From NCBI RefSeq assembly GCF_003610495.1, contig NZ_RAPK01000008.1, positions 147,296 through 171,295 of the forward strand: a stretch of DNA of 24,000 nt. Direction: 5' to 3'. The translations under genes were made by a program, and so were the position numbers. Positions 6,900-16,425 of this stretch are shown here, one piece after another. Source of the DNA: Sinobaca qinghaiensis (lineage in GTDB: Bacteria; Bacillota; Bacilli; Bacillales; Marinococcaceae). The number at the start of each line of letters is the position of its first letter. Positions within the stretch are counted from its first letter, which is position 1. The notes below the pieces were generated by a model, which did no database searches, was not told where the DNA came from, and saw only the letters and a program-made list of their open reading frames with translations.

Positions 6900-7859
6900 A
6901 TGATTCGCACTCTCGCTGTTACGATACATAATGAATTTATTGAAAATGAAGATATTGCTGTACTGCTTGCTGATCAAACTATTAAATGGTTCTGGGCTGA
7001 CTTCCGTGACCCTTCCACTCAAGAAGCGTCCCGCCTGGAAACGGATTTTGCCTTTCATCCACTGGCTGTAGAAGACTGCTTTCATTCCATGCAGCGTCCG
7101 AAATACGATCACTATGAGGATTTTGAGTTTTTTGTGATGCATTCTCTGCAGAAAGATACATTTGCTAAAAAAGAAGTCGATATTTTTTCCGGCAGAAATT
7201 ATGTAGTAACGTTTCATTTAAGTGCCTCACCCGAAATAGATGCTATCTGGGAAAAAGCACGAACGTCTGCGGATTTCCGGCAGAACGGAACTTATTATAT
7301 TATCTATTCCATTATCGACAAAATTGTTGATGAATACTTCCCACCTCTTTACCAGATGGAAGACCGTCTCAATGAAATTGAAGAAAAAGATGCGGACAAA
7401 ACGTACAGAGATTTAATTGACGAAGTATTTGATATCCGCGGAGATCTGCTGCAGCTACGCCGGACGATTGTCCCGATGCGGGATCTGCTTTACCGGTTGC
7501 TTGACCTGCGCCTCGACCTTATCACAGAGCACAAAGCCTACTACCGGGACGTGTATGATCACTTATTAAAGCAGACCGAGCTTATTCAGTCCAACCGGGA
7601 AATGACTTCTGATATGCGGGACAACTATCAGACGATCAACTCGAATCGGATGAACGAAATTATGATGACGCTGACTATTGTATCTACTATTTTTATTCCC
7701 CTCACCTTTATTGCTGGGTTATACGGAATGAATTTTACCAACATGCCCGAACTTACGGCCGATAACGGCTACTTTATTACGCTTGCGGTCATGGCTGTTA
7801 TGGCCGGCGTCCTGCTGCTTTTGTTTAAATGGAAAGGCTGGTTTAACATATTTAAATAA
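6900..7859 (+). CDS. corA: CorA-family magnesium/cobalt transporter
   Basis: The 319-aa product has the YGMNF signature (GLYGMNFTNMPE) between two C-terminal TM helices, after a long soluble N-domain. GAAAGGAG lies upstream of the ATG. Confidence 0.9.
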   Translation: MIRTLAVTIHNEFIENEDIAVLLADQTIKWFWADFRDPSTQEASRLETDFAFHPLAVEDCFHSMQRPKYDHYEDFEFFVMHSLQKDTFAKKEVDIFSGRNYVVTFHLSASPEIDAIWEKARTSADFRQNGTYYIIYSIIDKIVDEYFPPLYQMEDRLNEIEEKDADKTYRDLIDEVFDIRGDLLQLRRTIVPMRDLLYRLLDLRLDLITEHKAYYRDVYDHLLKQTELIQSNREMTSDMRDNYQTINSNRMNEIMMTLTIVSTIFIPLTFIAGLYGMNFTNMPELTADNGYFITLAVMAVMAGVLLLLFKWKGWFNIFK

Positions 7860-7952
7860 CCAGATGCGTATCAGGTGGAAAGTATTTGTTTAAGAGTCCG
7901 GGAACAGGGAAACATTTAACTTATACACCAATATGAAACGGGGGAATTTCCA

Positions 7953-9665
7953 ATGCTCGAACAAACAGCCGGTGAACATGTTATTGACCTTTTAAAAGCG
8001 TGGAAGGTTGACCGGATTTTCGGGATGCCGGGAGATTCTATTAATGAATTTATGGAAGAACTTCGTAAACAGCAGGAAATTCGTTTTATTCAAATACGAC
8101 ATGAAGAAACAGGAGCACTTGCGGCCTCTTCCCATGCCAAGCTTACTCATCAAATCGGCGTTTGTTTGTCTATTGCAGGACCGGGTGCCGTCCACCTGCA
8201 GAACGGCTTATATGATGCCAAAAAAGATAAAGCCCCTGTTCTTGCCATTGTAGGCCAGATAAGCAGTACGCTTGTGGGCACGGATAACTTTCAGGAACTC
8301 AAGCTTGAAGCAATGTTTGAAGACGCAGCGGTGTATAACCGCCGCGTTCAGACGGCAGAGCAGCTTCCGGACCTGCTCAATCAGGCTATCCGAACGGCTT
8401 ATGCAGAAAAGGGTCCTGCTGTTCTTATTGTCCCGGACGATTTATTCGCCCAGAAGGTAAAATCAAAAGAAGCTCTGACATCTTCTATTTACTCTTCTCC
8501 TATTATCCGTCCGGAGGAAAAGGACCTTAAAGAAGCAGTCACCTATATGCATGAATCAAAAAAACCAGCGATTCTGGTCGGCAAAGGTGCGGAAGGCGCT
8601 GCCGAAGAAGTATTGGCTTTCGCAGAAAAAATCAAGGCTCCTATCATTGTTTCCCTTCCTGCTAAAGGAATGATCCCGGACGATCATCCACAGAATATGG
8701 GACAGCTCGGGCAGCTCGGTACAAAGCCTTCTTATGACGCCATCCAGGAGGCCGATCTGCTGCTTTTGCTCGGAACCGCCTTTCCCTACCGGGAGTTCCT
8801 ACCGGAAGACACACCTGCCGTTCAGATTGATATCGATCCTTCTGTAATAGGGAAATACTATCCGTCCCGTGTCGGTCTGGTAGGGGATCTTCGTTCGATT
8901 CTCCCCTGGTTTACGAATGGGCTTGAAGAAAAAAACGATGATTTTCTCCAGACCTATATAAAAAAGCGCGAAAACTGGAATGAGGAGCTTCAACAGGATA
9001 TTGATAAAGAAACGGAGCTTCTTCAACCCCAGCAGGCTATTGCTGAAATTCAGAACATCCTGGAAGATGATGCTGTTATTTCCCTGGATGTCGGAAGCGT
9101 TACGGTCTGGACCGCCCGCTATCTCCGCTTGAAAAAGCAAAAAATGATCCTCTCTTCCTGGCTTGCCACCATGGGATGCTCTCTTCCCGGAGCTATCGCT
9201 GCAAAGCTTGCTTTTCCCGACCGCCAGGTTATCGGCATTGTCGGAGACGGCGGCTTTTCGATGGGAATGCAGGATTTTGCTACGGCTGTGAAGTATAAGC
9301 TGCCTATCATCATGGTGGTATTTAATAATGAAAAAATTTCGATGATTGAATTTGAGCAGCAGGCAATGGGAAATCAGCCTGAAGCGACAGATATAAGCGA
9401 CATTGATTACGCTGGATTTGCCCGGGCCTGCGGTGGAATTGGCTATACGGCTGATTCCCGGGAAGAGCTCAGACATGCTTTGAAGCTGGCGGCCTCCAGT
9501 GAAGTTCCAGTCGTGATTGACGCACATGTAGAAAACCTTCCGCCGCTTCCAGGAAAAGTTTCCTATCAACAGGGTATCCACTATGGACAGTATATGATCA
9601 AAAGCATGTTTTCCAAAGGCTCCACTACTATTCCCCCTATCAAAAAAGGCCTAAAGCGGCTTTAA
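7953..9665 (+). CDS. Thiamine-pyrophosphate-dependent pyruvate oxidase-like enzyme (YdaP/PoxB-like)
   Basis: The 570-aa product has the three-domain TPP-enzyme layout. The N-terminal PYR domain shows IFGMPGDSINEF and RHEETGALAASSHAKLT. The TPP-binding motif is GDGGFSM...NN. The N-terminal sequence resembles pyruvate oxidases more than acetolactate synthases. Confidence 0.7.
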   Translation: MLEQTAGEHVIDLLKAWKVDRIFGMPGDSINEFMEELRKQQEIRFIQIRHEETGALAASSHAKLTHQIGVCLSIAGPGAVHLQNGLYDAKKDKAPVLAIVGQISSTLVGTDNFQELKLEAMFEDAAVYNRRVQTAEQLPDLLNQAIRTAYAEKGPAVLIVPDDLFAQKVKSKEALTSSIYSSPIIRPEEKDLKEAVTYMHESKKPAILVGKGAEGAAEEVLAFAEKIKAPIIVSLPAKGMIPDDHPQNMGQLGQLGTKPSYDAIQEADLLLLLGTAFPYREFLPEDTPAVQIDIDPSVIGKYYPSRVGLVGDLRSILPWFTNGLEEKNDDFLQTYIKKRENWNEELQQDIDKETELLQPQQAIAEIQNILEDDAVISLDVGSVTVWTARYLRLKKQKMILSSWLATMGCSLPGAIAAKLAFPDRQVIGIVGDGGFSMGMQDFATAVKYKLPIIMVVFNNEKISMIEFEQQAMGNQPEATDISDIDYAGFARACGGIGYTADSREELRHALKLAASSEVPVVIDAHVENLPPLPGKVSYQQGIHYGQYMIKSMFSKGSTTIPPIKKGLKRL

Positions 9666-9691
9666 TTCCGCTTTAGGCTTTTTCTTTTTTT
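9648..9691. terminator. Bidirectional rho-independent terminator (pyruvate oxidase-like gene / helicase gene)
   Basis: The stem pairs GGCCTAAAGCGG (9648-9659) with CCGCTTTAGGC (9668-9678). TTTTTCTTTTTTT follows on the + strand and an A-run precedes, which reads as a T-run on the - strand. Confidence 0.8.
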
Positions 9692-9857
9692 ATTGCGGTC
9701 CAGGAGCTCTGGGGCTTAACGGATGTGTCCGCTTTTCTCTGTCCAGGATAATAATCCAGCCGCTGCCGTTTCTTCAGGTTACGCTTCGGAAGCAGAGCTT
9801 CCTGCGCGAACCTTCCAGAAATCTCTGCGGCTGAGCAGGATTCTTATCCTTTTCTTA

Positions 9858-12128
9858 TTACCTTCTGCCGTTTCTTCTTTGTGCGATAATAACTTCTTTT
9901 TCGCCTTTTTCCATTTTTGATTTACAGATTGGGCATGTTTTTTCCTGAAGCGTATCGTCTTCCTGGGTTTGAATTTTCACCCATACGATACAATCCTCAT
10001 TTGTGCATAACCATGCTTTTACTATTTTTCTTTCTTCCGGCTGCTGTTCCATGGGCTGTCTCCTTTTTTGCGTTGCGTGTGGGAAAGCCTCTAAAAAAAA
10101 GCGGGATACTTCCACAGCTTTTCCGCGGTATTGGGCGGGGGAACCGATATACAACTCTTCTTTTGCCCTCGTAATAGCGACATAAGCTAAGCGCCGTTCC
10201 TCCTCTAATGCTTTTTCTTCACTTTCATTGCTTTTCTTTATAAAGTCTTTACTCCCGGAAGCCTTAACCGCCGAGCTATGCGGCAGTATCGTCTCTGATG
10301 CTCCAATTAAATAGACAACCGGGAATTCCAGACCCTTTGCCCGATGAATGGTCATAAGGGACACTGCATCTGTTTTCGCAGCCTGTGTTTTTTTCTGCAT
10401 GCCTTTATACATTTCCACCATATCATCTACAAAAGATACAAAGGCCAGTACAGAATCAAAACGGCCGGCGGATGATTCCAGTTCGTCCAGCGTCTCTTTC
10501 ACGCCTTCTTTATGCATCGTTTCCGCCTGTGCTTCGTTGGCTTCCAGGTACGTGTCATAAAAAGTCTCGCGCATTTTCTTTATTGCCTGTTTAGGCTTCA
10601 TCGGTTTCAGCTGCTTGAGCAGCCGCTCCCTTTCCTGCAGTTTACCTACCTGGAAAGTGCGCAGACCGCCAAGGGATTGAAGCAGTTCAAGCGGTTCCGC
10701 CTGTTCTCCAACAGCTTCCAGCCGTTTAATATGAAGCATACCTTTTTCCCTGTTAATAAATAACGTGGGCAGTACCTCCGGCAGCGCTTCGTTATAATAG
10801 GGATTCAAGGCAAGCCGCAGATGATCCATCACCGCTTTAATCGGCCACTGGTTATAAAACATTTGGTCGACTGTCGTGAAAGATAAAAAAGGAATCTGAT
10901 GGAGTGTAAGCTGTTCAAACATAGCCCGGCTCACACTGGCCGTACGGTGAAGGACTGCAAAATCTGCAAAAGAACGTCCGTCATTCTGAACCTTATGAAG
11001 AATATCAGCCGCTGCCAGCTTTGCTTCTTCATCCGTCGTTTCTGCCCGGAAATAAAGCGGATATGTTTGGGACATCACTGTCGATTTAAGTGTTTTTTCC
11101 CGCCGGTTCGTATTATGCCGTATGACTTCGTTTCCCAATCCTGTAATGGGGGATGTGGATCTGTAATTCACATCAAGGGTGGCCATTTCTGCTGTTGGAA
11201 ATTCCTTATCAAACTCCAGAATGATTTCACTTTGCGCCCCATTAAACGAATAGATTGTTTGATCATCATCGCCTGCTACAAATAAATTTTTGTGTGACGC
11301 AGACAGCATCTTCATCATTTCGTACTGCAGTGGATTCGTGTCCTGAAATTCATCTACCATAATGTATTTAAATCGTTCCTGCATTTTTCTCAGAAGGGTT
11401 TCTGATTCGCAGAGCAGCTCATACGCATGGCAGAGAATATCATCAAAATCCAGCTGGTGTTCTTCTTTTTTCCAGGCTTCATACCTGCGGAAAACCCCTT
11501 TCTGCTCGATTTCCATTGGGTTTTCCGCCGGCATTTCTGCCAGGGACAGATTATTCATCCGGTAGGAAGAATAAAGGGACAGCAGGGTTTCCGGCTGGTA
11601 TTTCCCGTCAAACCCTGCTTCTTTCAGCTTTTTTTTAATGATAATATGTTTGAACCGCTCACTGGTAATCATCTTCTGATCGTATCCCTGGCCCCGAAGC
11701 AGCTGCAGAAAAAAAGAATGAAACGTCCGGACCTGAAGCTGCCTCACAGCCTGGGCCGAAATACCGGGCAGTGCAGCGATTCGTTCTTTCATTTCCTCCG
11801 CTGCTTTTTTGGTAAATGTTACAAGCAGTATATGCGCAGCCGGTATCTTCCGGACAGCCAGCAGATAACCTGTCCGGCAGACAAGTACGGAGGTTTTTCC
11901 GGAACCGGCCCCGGCCAGAGCAAGAAAAGGTCCTTCCCCGTGCCGTACCGCTTTCGTCTGAGACTGATTTAAGGAAATTCCTTTTTCCTTAAGCGCCCGG
12001 AAATAGAAATAATCTTCTTCTCCACCGTCTGTCTGTTCTGCGTCCGACTCTTCCCGGGCCAGATCTGCTTCAGGAACGACAGGGCTGATGATTCCAAACG
12101 GCGTTTTTTCAAACGATGTATTTTCCAT
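9858..12128 (-). CDS. UvrD/PcrA/Rep-family ATP-dependent DNA helicase with a C-terminal zinc ribbon (YjcD-like)
   Basis: The 756-aa product has Walker A AGAGSGKT, the DEFQDT (DExx) box, and later helicase motifs (YRS, TIHRAKGLEF, VAITRAKEEL). The C-terminus has CTNEDC-x18-CPIC. Confidence 0.85.
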   Translation of the reverse strand: MENTSFEKTPFGIISPVVPEADLAREESDAEQTDGGEEDYFYFRALKEKGISLNQSQTKAVRHGEGPFLALAGAGSGKTSVLVCRTGYLLAVRKIPAAHILLVTFTKKAAEEMKERIAALPGISAQAVRQLQVRTFHSFFLQLLRGQGYDQKMITSERFKHIIIKKKLKEAGFDGKYQPETLLSLYSSYRMNNLSLAEMPAENPMEIEQKGVFRRYEAWKKEEHQLDFDDILCHAYELLCESETLLRKMQERFKYIMVDEFQDTNPLQYEMMKMLSASHKNLFVAGDDDQTIYSFNGAQSEIILEFDKEFPTAEMATLDVNYRSTSPITGLGNEVIRHNTNRREKTLKSTVMSQTYPLYFRAETTDEEAKLAAADILHKVQNDGRSFADFAVLHRTASVSRAMFEQLTLHQIPFLSFTTVDQMFYNQWPIKAVMDHLRLALNPYYNEALPEVLPTLFINREKGMLHIKRLEAVGEQAEPLELLQSLGGLRTFQVGKLQERERLLKQLKPMKPKQAIKKMRETFYDTYLEANEAQAETMHKEGVKETLDELESSAGRFDSVLAFVSFVDDMVEMYKGMQKKTQAAKTDAVSLMTIHRAKGLEFPVVYLIGASETILPHSSAVKASGSKDFIKKSNESEEKALEEERRLAYVAITRAKEELYIGSPAQYRGKAVEVSRFFLEAFPHATQKRRQPMEQQPEERKIVKAWLCTNEDCIVWVKIQTQEDDTLQEKTCPICKSKMEKGEKEVIIAQRRNGRR

Positions 12129-12334
12129 GCTATCACCAAATTTTACTTAGTATGCGACATATCAATATGCTACTCTTCATTCTACCACGTTTACCGGATA
12201 CCGGCAGGCATGACTGTCTGATGAAACCTCCATGTCCCATGTCCGGCACTGATTCCGCCGAAATATCTTTATTTCTTTCCACATGCTGATCTTTCTTTTC
12301 CTGTGCTAGACTAACAGAAAGGAGGCTGCATAGG

Positions 12335-13501
12335 ATGAATAACATTACGCACACTTTAGAAAAATGGAAAGATGATTTTTATGCATTGAGCGAATACATA
12401 GGAAGCCACCCGGAGCTCGGACATGAAGAATATAAAGCTTCAGCTGCTTTGGCAGACCTTCTGCAGAGGCATGGCTTCGATGTCACCACTGGTATAGGCG
12501 GCATTCCGACATCATTTGAAGCCGTATATCACGGTCGCTCTCCCGGTCCACACATAGCATTCATGGCAGAATATGATGCTCTGCCGGGGCTGGGGCACGC
12601 CTGCGGTCATAATTTAATCGGCACGATGGCCGTAGCTGCGGCTGTTGCTGCAAGTAAAACGATAGATGAAAAATCAGGATCTCTTTATGTATACGGCACA
12701 CCTGCTGAAGAAACCAAAGGAGCCAAGGTACCTTTCTCCGAAAACGGCGTCCTTGATCATCTGGATGCTGCCATGATGATTCATCCCTATAGTCATTATG
12801 AAAAAAGCGGAACATCTCTTGCAATGGATGCCGTACAGTTTTCTTTTAAAGGAAAATCCAGCCATGCGGCCGCTTCTCCTGAAGAAGGAATCAATGCCCT
12901 TGACGCGGTGATCCAAACGTTCAACAGTATTAATGCTCTTCGTCAGCATGTTCCCGCTGACGTTCGGATTCACGGAATTATTACAAAAGGCGGGGAAGCA
13001 GCCAATATTGTTCCTGACTATGCAGAAGCCCGTTTTTATGTACGAGCCGCCAGAAGACATGACCTCGATGAGATTACCGAAAAAGTGAAAAACTGCGCGC
13101 GTGGTGCTTCCCTTGCGGCAGGAACAACGCTTGATATTTCCAACTACGAGTTTTCCTATGACGATATGACCACCAATGAAGCGCTCTCCTCTCTCTTCAC
13201 TTCCCATCTGGTCGAAGCAGGAGTAGATGCATCAGCAGTTCAGGAGCAGAAAGACGGCGGCGGATCGCTTGATATGGGAAACGTCAGCCATGTGGTGCCT
13301 TCCATCCATCCGTTTATTCAAATTACAGACGAAGGCTTCGCCTGCCACACCCCGGGCTTTGAACAGGCCGCCAGAAGCCGGCGCGGATTTGACTCTATGC
13401 TTACAGGAGCACAGGCAATGGCCATGACTGCGCTTGATCTGATTAATCAGCCGGACCTGCTCGGGAAAGTCAAAGCTGAATTTAAAAAGCAGCACGGTTA
13501 A
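12335..13501 (+). CDS. M20-family metallopeptidase/amidohydrolase (AbgB/PM20D2-like)
   Basis: The 388-aa product shows HPELGHEE, EYDALPGLGHACGHNLIG and GTPAEE, segments typical of M20 amidohydrolases. AGGAGG lies upstream of the ATG. Confidence 0.75.
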   Translation: MNNITHTLEKWKDDFYALSEYIGSHPELGHEEYKASAALADLLQRHGFDVTTGIGGIPTSFEAVYHGRSPGPHIAFMAEYDALPGLGHACGHNLIGTMAVAAAVAASKTIDEKSGSLYVYGTPAEETKGAKVPFSENGVLDHLDAAMMIHPYSHYEKSGTSLAMDAVQFSFKGKSSHAAASPEEGINALDAVIQTFNSINALRQHVPADVRIHGIITKGGEAANIVPDYAEARFYVRAARRHDLDEITEKVKNCARGASLAAGTTLDISNYEFSYDDMTTNEALSSLFTSHLVEAGVDASAVQEQKDGGGSLDMGNVSHVVPSIHPFIQITDEGFACHTPGFEQAARSRRGFDSMLTGAQAMAMTALDLINQPDLLGKVKAEFKKQHG

Positions 13502-13505
13502 AAGG

Positions 13506-13535
13506 AAAAAGCTCCTCAAGGGGAGCTTTTTTACA
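13506..13535. terminator. Bidirectional terminator between the M20 gene and PTS IIC
   Basis: The sequence is AAAAAGCTCC-TCAA-GGGGAGCTTTTTT, with T-runs available on both strands. Confidence 0.8.
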
Positions 13536-13562
13536 ATATTTTATTTTTAACACTTTTTTATG

Positions 13563-14654
13563 TTACTGAGCTCCCCGTTTGAATTCTATATCGATGAGTT
13601 CCGGTTCCATATCATTTTCTTCTTCTTCCACCATGTTTTCTTCTTCTGCTTTTATTGCCGGCTTCCATAAAGACAAGGTAACACCCGTTACCAGACTTCC
13701 TATACCGAGACACATTAGAAAATACAATGGATGAATCATTAATGGAACTACTAATAGTCCGCCATGAGGAACCGTACTGCCTACTCCCAGGGACATAGAC
13801 AGCCCTCCCCCAACAGCTGCTCCTAAAGAGCAGGAAGCAACTACACGAATAATGTCTCGTGCTGCTATTGGTATTACACCCTCAGTAATCATACATATAC
13901 CCATTGGCACTGCAGCTTTAAGTGTTTCTCTTTCCATCTTTGTATACTTATATCTAGTAAATAGAAAAGAAAGAGCAATGCCAAAAGGCGGCACCATGGA
14001 ACCGATAAACTTAACAGCCTGAGGGCCATATACTCCATCGACTAAAAGCCCATCTGCAAAGAGAGACATGGTTTTGTTAACCGGTCCTCCAAAATCAAAG
14101 CTTGCCATGGCTCCAAGAATAGATCCCAGAATAAAATTGGATCCGCCCTCCATAGATTGCAGCCAATTCAGTGTAGTATTTTGAAAAGCTGCTATCGGCT
14201 GGCCAATCAGCGTAATCATCAAAAGACCGCAGATAACTGTAGCAAGTACAGGAATAATCATAATAGGCATCAAGCCTTCCATGCTTTTAGGGAGACGAAT
14301 GTATTTTTTAATAAAAATAACTGCATACCCAACGAGAAAACCGCCAATGATACCTCCAATAAATCCAGTTCCTATTTCATTGGCAATAAAGCCTATAATC
14401 AATCCTGGAGCCAGACCCGGTCGATCTGAGATGGACATAGCAATTGCTCCGGCAATAAGAGGAACAACTAACGACATTCCCCATCCTCCGATTTGACTTA
14501 AAAAATAAGGAAGTGTACCTTCATTTTCAGCAACATTAATACCTCCAAATATTTGGGCAAGGGCGATGCAGATTCCAGATGCGACGATTAAAGGAATCAT
14601 GTATGAAATGCCAGTCAATAAATGTTTTTTAATAATAAAGCCAACATTTTTCAT
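13563..14654 (-). CDS. PTS fructose-family EIIC permease component
   Basis: The 363-aa polytopic membrane protein has Gly-rich TM segments (GFIGGIIGGFLVGY) typical of fructose-subfamily IIC. It is last in the operon after IIA and IIB. AGGAGG lies upstream. Confidence 0.8.
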   Translation of the reverse strand: MKNVGFIIKKHLLTGISYMIPLIVASGICIALAQIFGGINVAENEGTLPYFLSQIGGWGMSLVVPLIAGAIAMSISDRPGLAPGLIIGFIANEIGTGFIGGIIGGFLVGYAVIFIKKYIRLPKSMEGLMPIMIIPVLATVICGLLMITLIGQPIAAFQNTTLNWLQSMEGGSNFILGSILGAMASFDFGGPVNKTMSLFADGLLVDGVYGPQAVKFIGSMVPPFGIALSFLFTRYKYTKMERETLKAAVPMGICMITEGVIPIAARDIIRVVASCSLGAAVGGGLSMSLGVGSTVPHGGLLVVPLMIHPLYFLMCLGIGSLVTGVTLSLWKPAIKAEEENMVEEEENDMEPELIDIEFKRGAQ

Positions 14655-14675
14655 CAGATTCTCGCCTCCTTTAGA

Positions 14676-14993
14676 TTATGCCGTAGTATTAATCTCTTCT
14701 TCAATTTTTTTAATCAAAGCTTTAGGTGATTTCATGGCAACATGCGTAGGGATTTGAAGTACGACCTTATTTTCAAACCGGTCTCTGTTGGAAATACTTA
14801 TATCCGCAGCAATGATAACAACATCAGCCTCTTTGATTTCTTCTTCGGTCAGTTCATCCTCCGTTCCAATAGTTCCCTGGGTTTCTATTTTCACTTGGTG
14901 CCCTGCTTTTTTTGAGGCTTCTACAATTTTTTCTTTTGCTAGGTATGTGTGGGCAATGCCTGCTGTGCAGGCTGCTACTCCTACTATTTTCAT
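14676..14993 (-). CDS. PTS fructose-family EIIB component
   Basis: The 105-aa product starts MKIVGVAACTAGIAHTY, which carries the phospho-Cys motif of PTS_IIB_fruc. Its start overlaps the IIA stop (TAATG). Confidence 0.85.
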   Translation of the reverse strand: MKIVGVAACTAGIAHTYLAKEKIVEASKKAGHQVKIETQGTIGTEDELTEEEIKEADVVIIAADISISNRDRFENKVVLQIPTHVAMKSPKALIKKIEEEINTTA

Positions 14994-15481
14994 TATTGAT
15001 CCTCTCCTTCTTCATTTTGTTCCAATATTTGTATTAATTTTTGCTTTGATTCAACTTTAGTAATTCTTTCGCATCTCGCTTCGTCTGCAAGCGAGCCTGC
15101 GATAGAAGCTAGCATTTTCAAGTGCAGGTTATTTTGATCCTCTATTTTCACTGCCAGCAGGATAATGACACGAACAGGGAGATCATCGAGAGTTTCCCAC
15201 TCTATAGGCTGATTGGTACGGTAAATCATAATAGTATTTTTGATAACGCTTTCAGATTTTCCGTGAGGAATAGCTATGCTACTCCCAATCCCTGTAAAGC
15301 CTTCCTTTTCCCGCGCATAAACATCTTTCAAGAAACTGGAAGCGTCAGAAACGCTTCCAATCGATTCTAATTTGCTGACCATTTCTTTCAACACTTCCAT
15401 TTTAGAATCCGCCCGGGAATGAAGATTAATAGTATGCTCGTTCATTAACTCTTTTAAATCAAGTTTTTCTTTCTGCATCAT
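14993..15481 (-). CDS. PTS EIIA component (fructose/mannitol type, EIIA-2)
   Basis: The 162-aa product has the GIGSSIAIPHGK phospho-His motif of the PTS_EIIA_2 family. AGGAGG lies upstream. Confidence 0.85.
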   Translation of the reverse strand: MMQKEKLDLKELMNEHTINLHSRADSKMEVLKEMVSKLESIGSVSDASSFLKDVYAREKEGFTGIGSSIAIPHGKSESVIKNTIMIYRTNQPIEWETLDDLPVRVIILLAVKIEDQNNLHLKMLASIAGSLADEARCERITKVESKQKLIQILEQNEEGEDQ

Positions 15482-15501
15482 GTTGTCCTCCTGTTCTACG
15501 T

Positions 15502-16407
15502 TTAATCAACAACTGCCATTTTTTTCTCTCTAAGTTCTCCAATATGATACAAAGAAGACTTCCCGGATGATCCAAACAAATCCATCTTCCTGCCTAACAG
15601 GCTCTTTGCTGCTTTATTTGCTTCAGGAAAAAGAATATCCGGCTCGAAATCATTAGGTTTTTCTTCCAGAGTGGTACGCAATTGATTGAAAAACGCTCTT
15701 TTCATATCGCTGGATAAATTGATTTTAGCTACCCCATATTTTGTGGAATTTCGAATATCTTCATCTGGATTGTCAGAGCCGCCGTGAAGAACCAATGGAA
15801 TATCAACTAATTTATAGATTTTTTCTAATCGATCCAGCTGAATTTTCGGCTGAAGGTGTTTAGGATAAAACCCATGGGAAGTTCCTATAGCTACTGCCAG
15901 CGTGTCGCACCCCGTCCGTTCTACAAACTCTTTTGCCTGTTCCGGTTCTGTATATAAGATATGGTCAGCTCCGCCCTCTGAACTTCCTTCATTGTTTCCG
16001 ATAGTACCAAGTTCAGCTTCCACAGATACGCCTACGGCGTGTGCCACACTTACAGCTTTCTGAGTCAAAGCAATATTTTCTTCGAATGGAAGATGCGATC
16101 CATCTATCATAACGGAAGTATATCCATTTCGAAGAGCCCGTATAGTTCCATCAATAGTGTCGCAGTGGTCTTGATGTATAACAATTGGAACACTGGCATG
16201 GTGGGCAGCTTCTCGAACATAGGCAGTAAAGTCATCTCCTACAAGGTCGAGTTCATTTGGATGAATTTGTATAATAGCAGGTGACCGCTTTTCCTCAGCA
16301 GTTTCTATGATCGCTCGAAGGAGTTCATTATTGGATACATTATAAGAGCCAACAGCAAATTTATTTTTATAGGCAACACTCAGCATTTCTTTCATATTAA
16401 TTAACAT
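15502..16407 (-). CDS. Class II ketose-bisphosphate aldolase (FbaA/GatY/KbaY family)
   Basis: The 301-aa product shows the class II aldolase TIM-barrel pattern: IIQIHPNE, HQDHC (Asp-His zinc site), EAELGTIG, AVAIGTSHG and LVLHGGS. Confidence 0.8.
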   Translation of the reverse strand: MLINMKEMLSVAYKNKFAVGSYNVSNNELLRAIIETAEEKRSPAIIQIHPNELDLVGDDFTAYVREAAHHASVPIVIHQDHCDTIDGTIRALRNGYTSVMIDGSHLPFEENIALTQKAVSVAHAVGVSVEAELGTIGNNEGSSEGGADHILYTEPEQAKEFVERTGCDTLAVAIGTSHGFYPKHLQPKIQLDRLEKIYKLVDIPLVLHGGSDNPDEDIRNSTKYGVAKINLSSDMKRAFFNQLRTTLEEKPNDFEPDILFPEANKAAKSLLGRKMDLFGSSGKSSLYHIGELREKKMAVVD

Positions 16408-16425
16408 AGGTAGGCCTCCTGATTT

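Noticed and set aside
4647-9665. Apparent clustering of thiamine-related functions: TPP riboswitch, tenA, ylmB, a pyruvate-oxidase-like TPP enzyme, and a second TPP enzyme at 22950-24000.
   Set aside because: The TPP-dependent enzymes are separate transcription units with their own RBSs and terminators, and they are separated by corA. TPP enzymes are common, so there is no sequence evidence for co-regulation.
9692-9857. 166-nt non-coding stretch between the helicase stop and the bidirectional terminator, examined for a small RNA or gene remnant (includes the 9723-9920 + ORF).
   Set aside because: It shows only short local hairpins (for example GGAAGC-AGA-GCTTCC), no promoter-like elements and no protein-like translation in any frame. 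It is most simply a 3' UTR of the helicase transcript.
12133-12354. 73-aa ORF on the minus strand with a signal-peptide-like N-terminus (MCVMLFILCSLLSVSLA) in the helicase/M20 divergent region.
   Set aside because: It starts at a GTG inside the 5' end of the M20 gene and has no RBS. It covers the divergent promoter region, and the remainder of the peptide is low-complexity.
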